Below, piece by piece: positions 27,801 to 43,469 of a DNA stretch of 64,000 nucleotides (positions are counted from its first letter, which is position 1; each line of letters starts with the position of its first letter). This DNA comes from Dendrobates tinctorius. Lineage: Eukaryota. A program made the position numbers and the translations under genes. The notes under the pieces are model-generated. The model did not search any database. It had not been told where the DNA came from and saw only the letters and a program-made list of their open reading frames with translations. The DNA is taken from contig NW_027361869.1 of the NCBI RefSeq assembly GCF_039654945.1, positions 1,364,001 to 1,428,000 on the forward strand. Reading direction: 5' to 3'.

Positions 27801-30800
27801 CCACGGTGACCAGGAGAACGTAAGGCTGCTAATGGCAATAAACCCTACAATGTCGATGGAGAGCCGAGAGAGGCGACATCAGCACGGACACGGGGGGCCA
27901 TAATGTGGTGTCAGGAGCGATGACCCTGGAGGAGGTCAGTCATCTGTTGCTCAGTCGCCACCCAACCCATCCGAACTTTGTTTTTCAAGGGTTAAACACC
28001 GCATGATGGCCGTGCCTCTCAAGCCTGCACCCCCCGAGAGCGGCAGAGCGCACGCTCTGCTAAAGGAACCCCCTCTTTCCTTTATTTATAATTGAGTATA
28101 TGATAACTGACACCTTACTTTTTATTCTAATGCCTGACAACTCTTCTGTATCATGCTGTATATAATGTTTTTACACTCCCTGGCGGCAGGGACAAGCATG
28201 GAGCCTTTCTCAAAATCCTTTTTTTACTAACCAGAGATCCCACATTTAGCAGTGAGAGACTCGCCGTTAATGGGTCTGCGCTTACACTGAGCGCCAGACA
28301 CCTTCCATCATTGCTTCTTTTTATATGGCTGTCAGCAGAGTCCAGAATGGCAGCTGGACCCCAAAATCAAAAAAATTCTGAATTCTACCTCAGCGTATTT
28401 TGGATGAAGTTCATCTCTATAAGCAACGAAATAAACATCCACAACCAGGTTGGACTGCAAACTTATTGATAGGACACACACCCTGCTGATATCGGGGCTT
28501 ATGTATTTCCAGGAGGAGTAACTAAGGGACGACACGTTTGTGATCTGCTGCTGTAGCATATAGCGATATATTTGAGCCTGTAATTGATCCTTTTTTTTTT
28601 CTTTCTGTTATTATAGACGCCTGAGAATGCTCCTGGATCATGGCAGCATTAATGGTATCTTTTCCCCTCGTGTCAGATATAGGAAACTTGCAAGCTCATT
28701 TACTGTAAGGGGATCGCATTACAAGCCGAGGCCTGGAGTAGTCGGTGACAAAACACGTCACAGTGCGATGGTCACGGGCATAAGTGCGAGTAACTCAATG
28801 CACGTGACTCATTGCGGCGGAATGCAACTTTTGCACCTGCACTGACTTGTGAGCGTTTCATCCCATAGAAGTGAATGGAAATGATGCTGCCGTCTTTTAA
28901 TATTGGCGCCGCGTCCCGTTTAAGGGTTTTCATATGTATATAATAGCCCCATACATATTAGATGAGTCAGTCGAACCCCTGTATTACTGCGGGACTGACC
29001 CGAGCATCTGAAAGATACCGACTCTTCTCTAACAGATGATTTTGGGTTAGGAGGAAGAATCGGACAAGAGGAGATGACCAGATGTGTCTAAGCAGCTTCT
29101 TTCTCCACTCCACGTTAAAGACATCACTTATTTATGGGTGTAGGTAGAAATATCAGTCTGACAAACAAACGTTTGGCCAACAGTTATAGAATGACAAGCT
29201 CTGCAACTTGAGGAAAAGTTCCCTTCAACTTTTTCAAACTTTCTGCTTGCTCTCAGCCAGGAGAACCATCCAGCGTCCAAAATCCCATCCCGATTACTTC
29301 CTACCGATTATTTTTGCATCGGTGGTACGTGATCAGGACAGGATTTTTTTTGTCTAAGTTTCTGGATGTTCACTGCAATCTTTCTCGTTCACTGTCCGCA
29401 AGCAAAAGATCTTGAAAATTTCTGAAAATTAAAATGCCAAATATTTTTTTTAGAAAGTTATAGAACCTTAATTTATAAGTATTAAAATCATAAAACCTTT
29501 AGAAGCAGAAAATAAGTTGTGTGCAGTAGTTGCCTTGCAGGGCGGAAGTCGCCATATGGAGGCGCTCGGTCGCATGTTCCTGTAGTCGAATTATCCTCCC
29601 GTCCTTTGCATCGTTTAGTGCCCGTGTTGCCCGTCTATGAAGCAATTTACTGGAGGTGAGAACACTCCAGTATTGCTGAGAAATCTGGCATCACCGGGCT
29701 ACAAAATCCACTGTCCGCCCCCCGCCAGTCACTAATACACAGGGTCTTCCATTTTTATGTTCCCAGCGCTCGTGTACAGTCGTTTTTTGGGGGTTTATTA
29801 ACCATACTCTTTCCTTGGCTCAGGGTATGAATGAAAGTGCAGTCAGTGATGGATAAATGAATGTTAAGGGGAAATCGTACTGTGCCTAGTACCAAAGGCA
29901 GCCATCTTTATAAAGCACAAGAACATCGCCTGTTTGTCCCTAGGAATCAAATCTCTACATTTCTTCAGCATAAAAATAATTTTTCATTATAAATCTTCCA
30001 CTTTTTTTTTGCCTTTTATAGCTTTGATGTTGTACTGACGTGGTGGCTGCAGAATGAGTTAACTGAGAATCTGTCAGTGAGCTCATTAGAAAAGTCTCAC
30101 TGAGGAAAGTTTATAACGTTTATTATGTCTTTTTCTGAGCTCTCAGCTGACGTACGACTACTGGATCATAACAACAATGAATAAGCAGAGAAGCAAAGAG
30201 TCGGTAAAAAGCCAAAGGTGCAAAAAAATTTTTTTTAATGAAGCCCAATAGCAAAAAAAATGATTTTTAGCCAAAAAAAAAAACTGGCAACACCTATAAG
30301 TTCAGTCACAGTCGATAAAATGTATTGTTCTCGAAATTTATGGGTTCAGCTAATATTAAGGTCTATGGGGGGAAGCAAGAAAAGGAGATGGTGTCGATAT
30401 GAGATTACTGGAATCTGGTTGCTTTGGGCAGAGAAAGTGATGACTTCAGTTCTTTTTTATTTTAGGCAGCCAGCCTCACTGTAGGTGCTGCAAAACTACA
30501 ACTCCCAGCATGCCCAGAGTCGTATATTGCTGTTCTTGGCTTTATATTCATGCTATGTAAAATATCTGCTGTCGCCCTATTCCCGTCATAGATATATTGC
30601 ACCTTCTTAAAGGGGAAGTTCTCATTATTTTCTCCATGTATGCCGCCTGATGCTTCTCGGGTATTTGTCAGACTGCAGTTATCTTCCTCTACTCCTCCAT
30701 TGTCGTTTCCATCCGTTGTGCTTCTCCTATGGGAGAAATAAGCAGCTGCCAGACACCTCTAAGTAAGGTTGAAAACACTAATAGCTTATAGCCATCTGCA

Positions 30801-30911
30801 GCACTCCGACTGCTGCAAAATTATACCTCCCAGCATGCCCTGAACTCTGCAGGCTTATCTGGGTGTTTGGGAACTACTAGTCCCAGAATGCCCTGAGTGA
30901 CAGCATACTAA

Positions 30912-31155
30912 GGCCTGTTTCACACTTCCGTTTTTTCAAATCCGTCAAAATCCGTTGTTTTCCGTAAAAAAACGGATCCGCCATTTTTGCAGGATCCGTT
31001 TTTTTTTGTCCCATAGACTTCCATTACGGTTACCGCGGATCCGTCAAAAAAACGGATCCGTTTTTAAAAAAACGGATCCGTTTGCATCAGTTTCCGTCAA
31101 AAAAACGGAAACGGATCCGTTTGGCGGACACAAAAACGGAAGTGTGAAACAGGCC
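30912..31155. mobile_element. Near-palindromic Harbinger-type MITE
   Basis: Perfect TIRs ggcctgtttcacacttccgtttt / aaaacggaagtgtgaaacaggcc; TAA TSD on both sides. Confidence 0.9.
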
Positions 31156-32180
31156 TAAAAATGTTCCCCTCTTCCACATGCTACCCTTTGTCTATTGCCT
31201 AATCTGCTATTGTCTGTCATGTCTACACATCATGAATCTCTTTTCTTGCTTGTATAGAAGTGGTGCAATTTTGTTTTTTCTTTTTGAAGGTCCCGTCCCC
31301 TTCCTCCATATTACCTAATGGCCAAACCAGCAGAGAACCAATCTGGTCGTCTGGCTACATTGGAGATAAATGGTGCTTTGTTAAAGGGGTGCTAGAAGGT
31401 CTGCAAAAATGTAAAGTGACCATACATTTGACGCTATTGGTTTCCAATTGTTGTTTATTTTTATGTAATCTATCGTTCCCTGTTATCAGAAATATCAGAA
31501 TGGAAAGGGGCAGACTGCAGCCGTCCTAAATCATGTGGATCACTACTTTATCTTCCATATCTCCAGATACAGTTACATCCGTGTGTCTGATATCAGTAGC
31601 TGTGGATATCGGGTTAGTAGCCCTTTAAGGCGCTGCGCCATATGCGCTCACATTCCATCCCCTTTTCTCTTTTTTTTTTTTTTTCTTTTATAGCATTTCG
31701 TGTTCATATCAGGCTTGGGTGAACTGGGTCTCTCCAGCTGGTTTGCATCTACACGTCCAAAATGCCTGACCAGCCACACACAGGAGGGAATTCTGAGCCG
31801 TGTAGTGCGACAACTGCCAGAGAGCCAAATATATTGCACATTTGCCTACCTCTCTGCTCTAGAATATTAGTGAAAGCTCAATCAGAGTTTGAACCAGGAC
31901 TGTTCTCTTCTTTTCCAGCAATCACGGCTGCTCCATGCCAATCTAGCATTCCTGCTCAGCACCCATGTATGGTATAGGGCTGAACTATCCAACTGTGAAA
32001 ACATGATATATTTTTTTCTAAGTAAATTAAAATTCCTGTGTAAAATAATGCTGGTTGATTTGGACTTTTTTTTTTTTTATAAGTATTTGCACATGGAGCA
32101 TTTGTCCATTTTGTATGAGGTTTCATTATGTATTCCTTTGAAGAATGTAAAAAAAAATATATATATATCTTGAGCTGTCC

Positions 32181-32186
32181 AATAAA
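32181..32186 (+). terminator. Candidate RAB40C polyadenylation signal AATAAA
   Basis: Follows a U-rich, TGTA-rich, 3'UTR-like segment (31250-32170); implies a ~4.4-kb 3'UTR. Confidence 0.45.
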
Positions 32187-35173
32187 GGAACACTCCAGGT
32201 AACACTTACAATGTGGATTTGCCATTTGCAGAGCTTGAGGGGGTGGAGCATGACAAGGATTTAAAGAACACCGAGGAGGTAATCCATATCAAGCCCCGCC
32301 CCCGAGGACCTGCAGTAGTGCTAACTCTGCCTATGTAGCTTATAACATTAACTATTTTTTTTTTTAATTCCTCTATTCATCGACTCTCATCTGTCCATAT
32401 ATTGTAAAAATTGATATTCCACAGACTTCTACTGGTGCAAAAGACCTTTTCATCTATAGTAGTGAGTTCGGAGATTGACTAGAAAAACTTAAAGGGAGTC
32501 TGTGACCCCAAAACTCAATTGTAAGCTAATCAGATAGTCATTTAAGGGACTTGGTTTAGTTTTCTCAGCTATGTATATCCAAAAAATGATCTTTATTATG
32601 TATAAGATGTTGCTCAGCGCACCCTAACTCTCAGTGCAGAAAGACACCTCCGTTCCTTTTTGGGCCGCAGGCCATAAAATAGCTCAATTTTCCATATAAG
32701 CTAATATGACACTGCTGATCTATAAAAATTAAAAAAAAAAAAAAATCACAAATACCTTCCTACACTCTTCCAACAATGACCCACTATTCTTACTCATTCG
32801 GACGACTCGTTCTCATCAACGCCTCCAGGACTTTTATCCATTTTTGCCATTCTTTTATGGAATTCCCTGCCACCCCCTTAATCTTCACATCTACGAAGCC
32901 GCATTTATTGAATGCGGAGTTCACAAGGTTGTTTCTTTTTTTTCCCTCCGGGACAACGACGAGCAAAGTCGTGTACTGATATAAGGGGGTTCTTGTTCTC
33001 CTGAATCGCCCTAAAACCACTATTGGTTAAGAAGGTAAAAATATGTGATTATTACTGTTCCCTGACACCTCTTCATTAATCATTGTCCGTGCCGTTGTTC
33101 TGCACATCAGCTTTCTGTCCAAATTGACCCTTTTGTCTTGAGGGAATTTGGAGACCCTTTCTTACCCCGTTACATTTTAGTGTTTCATGCCCACGTGTAT
33201 GAGGCACCCGACATAACATGACCACAAGTCTCCCCATGGAGTGTATATCAGGTTTTCATGGAAGGCCACATCTGGGGTTTAGTCCTACTAATGGCTGCCC
33301 TTATAATTAGTCGGCCAGAACGTGTAGGGTGGTGAGGAAGACGCCTTTGTTCGGCCATTGCCCTGCAGGCAACAGGCTGCATGGGACCTCAAGACCCCGG
33401 TGTGGTGAACAGATGGGGCCGTCGTGGATTTCTTTGCACCCACAGACTTAATGGAACATAAATCCCTTTCCCTCTGAAAATAAGACGCCTAGCATGAAAC
33501 ACAAATCTTATATCTGTCACGAATTCATTATAGAAGCAGACGGGAATGGAGATGACGGCTTTGTCCTTGTATTAAAAGCTGCTTCCTCATGAATATAACT
33601 GTCCATAAATTACCTATTATATCAGGCTTGTATGCAGAGCCTTGGGGTATAGTATTCCTAGACATCCAATGCCAGTAAAACCAGTGCAGCTTAATGTCAA
33701 TATACTGGTCTATATGTAATAGATGTGAAGGTATTCAGGCCATGTTCTCACTTAGCATCTAAGGGGTTGTGATTAGCGATGTACATGTGTGCCCTGATAA
33801 GGTGTTATCTGAGCATGCTCGGGTGCTAACTGCGTGACTTCGGCGCGCTCGAGGAATATGTTTGAGTCCCCGTCCCTGCATGTTTCGCCACTGTTTTCGA
33901 CGCAACACATGCAGGGATTAACAAATCAGAAATCCTTGCATGTGTTGCGACTGTCAAGTAGCCACGAGACATGCAGCTGCAGGGGCTCGAACATATTTTT
34001 CGAGCGTGTTGAAGACACTCGGTTGGCACCGGAGCATGCTCGGTTAAGATTATTCCACTAGTTGTGATCTTATGAAAACTCCTGCCTGCTTTTTGGCGCA
34101 TTTTTGTCTCTATAGGCTTTTATGGGGAGAATGGAAAAAAAAACACGTTGCTTTTTCAAGTACAGAATCAAAGAGTGTACTAAAAAGATGCATTAATAAA
34201 AAGTGCTTCCAATCGCCTCCAAAAATGCATCAAATAAAGGGAAAAACGCAGCAAAATGCCCAATAATCAGAGGAGATTGTTATTGCGTATTATGAAGCAG
34301 CAGAAAAAAATTACGCATTTACTCTCTGTATGAACATGGCCTCGTGTACAGGTAAGATCATCACCAAGAACAATACTGCGAAAGCCAGAATAGCCACTTT
34401 GGCCAATACTCCTAAAGGTAAGCTGTATCAGTGAATCTGAGCAGGGGTCACACGCCCGTATCTTCTCTCATCTGAGAAAATCTGTCCGATTATTCTAATC
34501 GCACTCTGATCGGAGTTTGATCATAGTCTGATCCAGTTTTTTCGGATGTGAAGAAGTTGGAAAAAAATGTCTGCATCTTCTCCTGTCAGTCCATAAAGCT
34601 TTCAGCGCACTCTGATGTCATCCGAGTAACTTGCATCTCCGAGTGTGATCTGATTTATGGATGCAAATTATGCATGTGATTTTTTTTTTTCCCCCTTCGT
34701 TGCAAGTAAAAAAAAATCAGACGTGCACCTCCTCATAGAATAACATTGGTCCGAGTGTGATCCTATGTTTTGTCAGATCGCACTTGGACTGAAAATACAT
34801 TAGTCTGCATGAGACCTACGGCCGGGGTTACTCTGCCACTATGGCCGCTGCACAGGCCACACTGACAAAGGTCACTATGTGGCTGCTACATTGCAGCAAA
34901 TGAATGGGGTCGCATACTGCAACTATCACAAGCAGGAGGCAGAGTTTGTGACGTTCTTATTGTGGTATAGACGCCATGCGGGTGGTTGTGTGACCCGAAT
35001 AACTTTTTTTTGATTGAAATAGATTTTATTAAGAACATCAAATTATACATAAAAAAATAGTACAAACATTTCTGATTTTTCCAGAAACCAAACCCCGTTA
35101 TACCAAACTAGGCCCTCCCCCACCCCCCTTTCAGACAGCTAGCATTGTCACATCAACATGACCTGTACACTTA

Positions 35174-36796
<1,623 letters not shown>

Positions 36797-37096
36797 TACA
36801 TAGAATTGTATTAAACAGTATCACCTGAAATAGCAGTGTAGATAAGCATCCCCACATAATGATATCTCAGAGATCTTATCCCAATCAACCACCTCTTAGC
36901 CTAATTCCATCCAGGGCGTCCACATATTTTCACACAACCCCATTTTCCTCCTTTTTTTTATAGACCCTCTTCTCCAAATTAATGACATGCTTCACGTATT
37001 TGAGGTATGCGCCTCTTGAAGGCGGATCTTCCTTTATCCAGTTCCTCGCTATCACCTTCCGAGCCATATATAACAATCTGGCTATTGCCACCTTCA

Positions 37097-37830
37097 GGTT
37101 GTGTGCACACTTTGGGGTTTTTTTTGCGTTTTCCCGCTGCGAAAACGCATCCCATGCAATCCTATGGGATACCACAATGCTGTGCTAATGCAGATTTTTC
37201 CGCTGCGGAATCGCATAGCGGAAAAATACGCAGCATGCTCATTCTTTTTGCGGAATCGCGGCGATTCCACACCCATAGGAATGCATTGATCCGCTTACTT
37301 TCCGCATGTGGCTATGCCCACCATGCGCAAAGTAAGCAGATCATGTGCGGATAGTACCCAGGGCCTGGAGGAGAGGAGACTCTTTCCTCCAGGCCCTGGG
37401 TACCATAATCCTGTAAAAAATAGAATAAAAATAAAAAAAATATACTCACCCTCCGGCAGCCCCGAAGTCCTTCCCGCCTCTCACCACGCTCCTGGCATCT
37501 TCCGGTCCCAGTAATGCTTTGCGCGAATGACCGCTGATGACGTCGCGCTCTCGCGAGCGTGAAGTCATCTCAGGTCCTTCGCGCAAAGCATTACTTGGGA
37601 CCGGAAGATGCCGAGAGCGCCGCAGAGCAGATCTGGGGCCGTCGGAAGGTGAGAATAACTATATATATTTTCAACGTCACATTTCCAAGTGATGCTTGGA
37701 ATACGCAAGCATTCCGCAAGCGAAAAACTCTTGTTTTTCACGGGAAAAACGCATGCGAATTTGCATGCGTTTTACCCGCGCCGGGAGTTGCGGAAATTTC
37801 CGCAGCATTTCTGAGCGTGTGCACATAGCT
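37097..37830. mobile_element. Harbinger-type MITE within the L1 fragment
   Basis: TIRs ggttgtgtgcacac / gtgtgcacatagct; TCA TSD. Confidence 0.85.
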
Positions 37831-38062
37831 TCAGACTGTTATCCACTTTTATCTCCTCCACATATCCCAACAAGCACACCACCGGCTCCCTTGAGACGTC
37901 ACATCTATAGGCCCCCTCCACACGATACAGAACTTCTATCCAAAAAGCAGCCAATCTTGGACACGTCCACAACATGTGCAACATTCCAGCATTTTCATTC
38001 TTACACCGAGGGCATTCCGAGTTAGCCCGTAGTCCAGCCTTACACATAACATCCGGAGACCA

Positions 38063-38625
38063 GGGCTATGTGCACACGTAGTTTTTAGGTTGTGCGGATT
38101 TTGTTGGAAAATCCGCAGGACAAAAGTCCTGCGGTTTTGCCCTGCGGTTTCACACCTCATAATGAAAAGGTGTGAAACCGCACAAAGAACTGACATGCTG
38201 CGGATTGTAACCCGCAGCAAAACTGCGCGGAAAAATCCGCAGCATGTGCACAGCGTTTTTTTTTTTTTCCATAGGAAATAAAGTTTCTGTACAACGCAGC
38301 AGAATCTGCTGCGGACCCGCAGAGCCCAAACCGCTGGGGATCCGCAGCAGAATCCGCAGCGTGTGCACATAACTGCAGTTTTTGCTGCGGTGTACAGTTC
38401 TTTTATATTCTATGTAAAACAAAAACCGCAGTGCATACGGTGCAGATTTTTCCGCAGTTTCAAAACCGCAGCATGTCACTTCTTTGTGTGGAATCTGCAG
38501 CGGTTTTACATCTGCTCCATTGTAGAGGTGTCAAACTGCAGGGGAAAACCATAGGTTAATCCGCAGATAAACCGCAGGTCTTTGGAAACATCCGCAGCAG
38601 AACCTGCAGCGTGTGCACACAGCCT
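38063..38625. mobile_element. Harbinger-type MITE within the L1 fragment
   Basis: TIRs gggctatgtgcacacg / cgtgtgcacacagcct; internal ccgca/tgcgg motifs. Confidence 0.85.
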
Positions 38626-40480
38626 TATACACTCTGAGTAGAGCTGAGACAACCTATACGGCTCAATGACAATTTAGGTATCGTGACCCGAATAACTTGC
38701 TATGCTGCAATGTTGCAGTGGCGATCAAGCGATAAGTCAATACTTTCTACGCTAGGCATATAATGGATTAAAACAGATTATATTGCATCCATTTTTTTCC
38801 TATACAAGAAAATTAATGCTAAAAGTAGACAGAAAAAAATGGCTGAAAATTGGATTCAGCACATTGACGAAACGCTGCCTATTTACTTCACGTTCATGCG
38901 AGATAAAAGAAACCAGATATGAGACCTAAAACTATCTGTACAAAACTACAATTTATAGCGCAATAGATATTTTCTATACATTTATGATTTTATTTTATTT
39001 TTTTGGCATTATGGCCAATGGCGGACGCTATACAGTGGCATAGGTCCAAGGTATACTTCTGGCAGTTTTCCGGCGACATATACTCAGAGTATAATGTGAA
39101 CAGTGACATTATATTTATGAATAGAGTTGTAGGCCTCATTTGGGAAAGTGTCTGGTAAAAACAAAATGGCCTTGTTGCTCCTGGCAACCAATCAGAGCTC
39201 GGCTTTTATGACCATAAGTGCTGAGAAAAAATGAAAGCTGTTCTGTGATTGGTTGCTGTGTGCAACAAGGCCCATTTTTTCCTGTCACAGATTGTAGGTA
39301 TTAGGCCCGTTGTTTTTCTTTCACAGCCATGTCTATTAAATGTAGCTAAAATGTGATAAACGTCGCTTCCTTCGATAACTGCATATTAGCTGCCCCAGTG
39401 CATTGTGGATGTTGTAGTTTCTTGAGCTGGATTGTCAGGGAGATGTCATGTAGGGACTGAGTATGCGTGGGAAGGGGTTAAATGGCAGCGGCCTTTGATC
39501 CCCCCATTTAATGACTGCAAGAAGGGAGGGGGTTACAGACTGAAAGCCACCAACACTGAATGAAAGGAGACAACGAGGGGTGGAATTGGGTTACTCCCCC
39601 CATCACCCACCCCTATCACAGGGAAGCTCTAGGCTCCTTCCCTTCTCCTCCGCCTTTCCACACCGTACACCTCTGTGGCACAGACATGTAGACAGACGGC
39701 CTCTGTCTCATCAGCACACTGCCCCTCTGTCACAGACACCATACCTGGCGGACGCACACCCCCCAGATCTACCCCTTTCATGGCCTGAGTGTGCCATCCA
39801 GCCACCCCGTGCCCCCTACACCACGTAACACAATGCACCGATGCCCTGGGGGTCACACACACCAGTTGCATCCACTGGGCACATATATCCTTTGTGCCGC
39901 ACACCGTCACGCCCCGACGTGTGCCCCTTTACCCATTAGTGAGTAACCTGGGCACACACATGCCTGCTGTCCCCATCACCCCCTATAAAAACAGCCTCAC
40001 TACCCCTCCTCACACAGACACAGGGTCTGCTCCCTCCCCTCCAGGATCCTGTTTAGATAGTTATCCTGTCCCACATCAGGGGCGGGTGAAAGGAGGACAA
40101 GAGGCGAGAGACTGGGCACGTCGCACAGCACTCTGGAGACTGTGCCCACCAGATGCCCAGGTCCCTCTCTCCTCTGGCACTCTGAGTCACTGGGCACACT
40201 TATTTTCAGAAGGAAAGGTTAGATGCCCCTAGATATACTCAGCGACCATAAATGTGCAACGCTGGCACCGACATGGACCATGATACATGCACACAACATG
40301 CCATATGCCAAGCTCCAGCCCCACAGATCCCATTCCTATTAGTTATGTAATATCGCCATCCAGTACATAATACACGCAGAACCAGAGCTTGCGTGCCAAT
40401 GACAGACGACGCACGCATTGCACATAGCACCCGGGACACGTGTCGCTGCGCATACATGTGCGCGATCTCCACTTCTAGCA

Positions 40481-40639
40481 ATGAGCGCTACACTAGGTTT
40501 TGTTCTGCTTTTCCTACAAGCCCAACTTGTTAGCTCCACCGCAGCCAGGGGGCACTTTGGCATCTGCCCTAACCAGCTGAACGCCAACTTGTGGGTGGAC
40601 GCCCAGAGCACCTGCGAAAGGGAATGCGAAGCCGATCAG
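40481..40639 (+). CDS. WFIKKN1: WAP, Kazal, Ig, Kunitz and NTR domain protein 1 (GASP-2), exon 1 (signal peptide and start of WAP)
   Basis: MSATLGFVLLFLQAQLVSS...GICPNQLNANLWVDAQSTCERECEADQ|gtaagg. Paralog assignment rests on the position between RAB40C and METTL26. Confidence 0.92.
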
Positions 40640-41786
40640 GTAAGGACGCTGAACGCCACTAAATCCGCTTTTTACCCTTGAATGCAATTTATTCCGGAAA
40701 GTGCACTGTATTTTTATTCTATCCGATAAACAGGAACCATAGAGACCGAATATTGCATCCTCCTGTCCTGCTCATATGGACAGATGTAGCAGAGGTGAGC
40801 TAACGCTTGGCACAGCTTCTCTGCGGATTTACACAAGACTGCAGATAAAGCGGAAATATTTCCAGATCTCATAACGATAGATTCCAAATTCAGTTCTGCT
40901 ACATCTGTATGTTTAACATTAACTTTGTGTCTAGACAGTGCGCTCTATTATCTATCATTCTATTATTAAACCAAACTACTAAATCTTAGACTTTTTTTAC
41001 TTTGTAAAGTTCAATCAGCAATCCGTCTATGTATCTATTTGTCAGTCAATCAGTCCATTGATCAATCTTATCTCTCTATACATTTATCTAATCTACCGTT
41101 CTATTACTGAACCAAAATAAGTTTTGAAATTTAGAAAGTATAAAAAAAGTCAATCTTCAATCTGTCCATCAGTCAGTCGGTTCATCTGCCTCATATCTAT
41201 CTGTACGTCTATCTACTATCTATACATCTGTGTTCAATTTATCAATCAATCTTACCTGTCCGTGCTAGGAATTTAAGAATGATTACTCTAGAAAATGTAA
41301 ACTGCATTACCACCATGGAAAAATATAAATATATAATGTACATATGAAATATTAATCTGCAAATTTGCTACAAAAATTATTACAGTAAAAAAGAAGCTAC
41401 TTAGGGCATAGATTGGCCAATTTTTGCTTGGCAGCTGTTCACACTAGCTTAGAGGTGCTTGTCCTTTTTTTTTCTCTGTTTGTGCCAGGAACGTGTTATA
41501 TTCTTGGCGATGTAGAAATTTCTGCAACAAATTTGTTACACGTTATTCTTTCCCTAAGAAAGGACCATGAGTTTTGAAAATATATAAATGAAAGGATACA
41601 AGATCAGAAGTCTCCAAGCCGGGACTCTCCATCAGAGAGCACCAAATAAAATAAGATACGGAGGAGGAGACGCCAACCAGACAAGGTGCCAGGGGAAGAA
41701 CGAAGAGCCCTTAGAAGGTTAAATGATAGCGAGCAATGGGTTATGGCGCCTTCTCTATAATGACATCTCTCCTTGTTTCGTTTCAG

Positions 41787-43265
41787 GATTGTGAACCCTT
41801 TGAGAAATGCTGCACCAACGTCTGTGGACAGCAGAGCTGCGTTGCTGCCCGCTACCCTGATTCTGGCCTGCCAGCTCCAGGGTCCATCCATCCTGCCACC
41901 TGTGTGGGTTTTGTCTGTTCTCAGCAGGGATCTGTCTGTGAGATTTGGGAAGGGCGTCCCGTCTGCCGATGTCGGGAACGATGTGGGAAGCAGCCGGGGT
42001 TCACCTGTGCCTCGGATGGTCTGACTTATTATAATCACTGCTTCATGGATGCGGAGGCCTGTGCCAGGGGTATCACGTTGGTTGAAGTGCCATGCAAATT
42101 TGTGTCTTCTTGGCCACTCACTACTACACCACCTTCTGAAACCACCCTCCAACCAACCCAGCCATCAACACCTCTGGAAGTGCCAGTGCCACCAGCCTTG
42201 TACCAATCGCCTGCACCGCAATCTGTGACTGTAGGTGGTACCGTAGGGCTACAATGTGAGTCTAGTGGACGCCCACGACCGGAGATCCTTTGGGAAAAGT
42301 TGGGTGAAGGGCCTGCTGCACCACTCATGCGCCCAGACCAAATGTATGGCAATCTTGTGGTAACGAACTCTGGCCAGCTTGTCATCTACAACGCCCGTCC
42401 AGAAGACGCCGGCGTGTACGTTTGCATGGCACGTAATTCTGCTGGACTTCTCCGCGCTCAGTTCCCGCTCTCTGTTGTGAAGAAGGGGGGTGCCAATAAC
42501 CGCCAACCAATTCTACCTTCTGAATGCCTGAAGCCCCCGGATCATAGAGATTGCCAAGATCTTAGGGTCCTTCGTTGGTTCTATGATTCCCAAAGTGGTG
42601 ACTGCCAGACCTTCTATAATAAGGGGTGCCCAGGTGGTACCAATGTCTTCCAAACTTATGAAGAGTGCCACTCGTCATGCCAGCCTCGGCCACCAGAACC
42701 TTGTACATTACCACCTGTAAGAGGACCATGCAAGGCCCTGCAGTGGAGGTGGGCTTATAGTCCTCACATGCGCCAGTGCTTTTCTTTCATTTACGGTGGG
42801 TGCAATGGCAACCAAAACAATTTTGAAAGCAGGCACGCGTGTGATGATCGTTGTCCCCTGCCACGTACTAAGCAGTGCCAGGGGTGCCATCTACGAGGAC
42901 GACTTGTGCCTAGCTTGTGCCGTAGTGACTTTGTGATTGTGGGAAGGTTGGAGGATTCTGGGGAGGAACGAGTGCTGAGGGTGGTCCTCATAGAAGTACT
43001 AAAGGATGAATACATGGGTCTGCGACTTTTCCATACGAAGTACTTGGAAGTGACGATGGGCGACAATGGAGGTGGGGGGTGTGCTTGCAGCGGTCTTGCG
43101 GGTTCAGGGGATAATCAGCTCTTGATCATGGGTGAAGTACAAGATGGCATGGCTTTATTAGGACCCTCAAGCTATGTCCGGCCTGCTAATGAGAAAAGAC
43201 TGAGGAAGGTCAGAGACATGTTGGAAAAGGGAACATGCCAGATGCTGAACCGATTTCAGGACTGA
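41787..43265 (+). CDS. WFIKKN1: WFIKKN1 exon 2 (WAP end, follistatin/Kazal, Ig, two Kunitz, NTR)
   Basis: tttcag|DCEPFEKCCTNVCG; CASDGLTYYNHC; SGRPRPEILWEK; FIYGGCNGNQNNF; total 545 aa. Confidence 0.95.
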   Translation, partial: DCEPFEKCCTNVCGQQSCVAARYPDSGLPAPGSIHPATCVGFVCSQQGSVCEIWEGRPVCRCRERCGKQPGFTCASDGLTYYNHCFMDAEACARGITLVEVPCKFVSSWPLTTTPPSETTLQPTQPSTPLEVPVPPALYQSPAPQSVTVGGTVGLQCESSGRPRPEILWEKLGEGPAAPLMRPDQMYGNLVVTNSGQLVIYNARPEDAGVYVCMARNSAGLLRAQFPLSVVKKGGANNRQPILPSECLKPPDHRDCQDLRVLRWFYDSQSGDCQTFYNKGCPGGTNVFQTYEECHSSCQPRPPEPCTLPPVRGPCKALQWRWAYSPHMRQCFSFIYGGCNGNQNNFESRHACDDRCPLPRTKQCQGCHLRGRLVPSLCRSDFVIVGRLEDSGEERVLRVVLIEVLKDEYMGLRLFHTKYLEVTMGDNGGGGCACSGLAGSGDNQLLIMGEVQDGMALLGPSSYVRPANEKRLRKVRDMLEKGTCQMLNRFQD

Positions 43266-43397
43266 AAATATCTATTTGAAATTATGGCTTTTCATGCTTG
43301 AGGACAAATGATCTAAATGCTGGCGATCGATCAATGATCAACTACTATTTCAATACCGTCTCATGCCTCAATTATAAACTGGCTACAATCTCATAAC

Positions 43398-43436
43398 AAT
43401 AAACTTGTAAAATGTTCAGGTGGAAGGAAAAATAAA
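43398..43436 (+). terminator. Candidate WFIKKN1 polyadenylation signals (two AATAAA)
   Basis: AATAAA at about 43398 and 43431, 130-170 nt after the stop codon. Confidence 0.5.
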
Positions 43437-43469
43437 TGTGTGTTAGCAGAAAATGCAAAACTTCAGTTG

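Noticed and set aside
41736-41786. N-terminal extension (MGYGAFSIM...) of the 509-aa ORF as the WFIKKN1 start
   Set aside because: Intronic. The acceptor is at 41785-41786, and the signal peptide and WAP start are in exon 1 at 40481.
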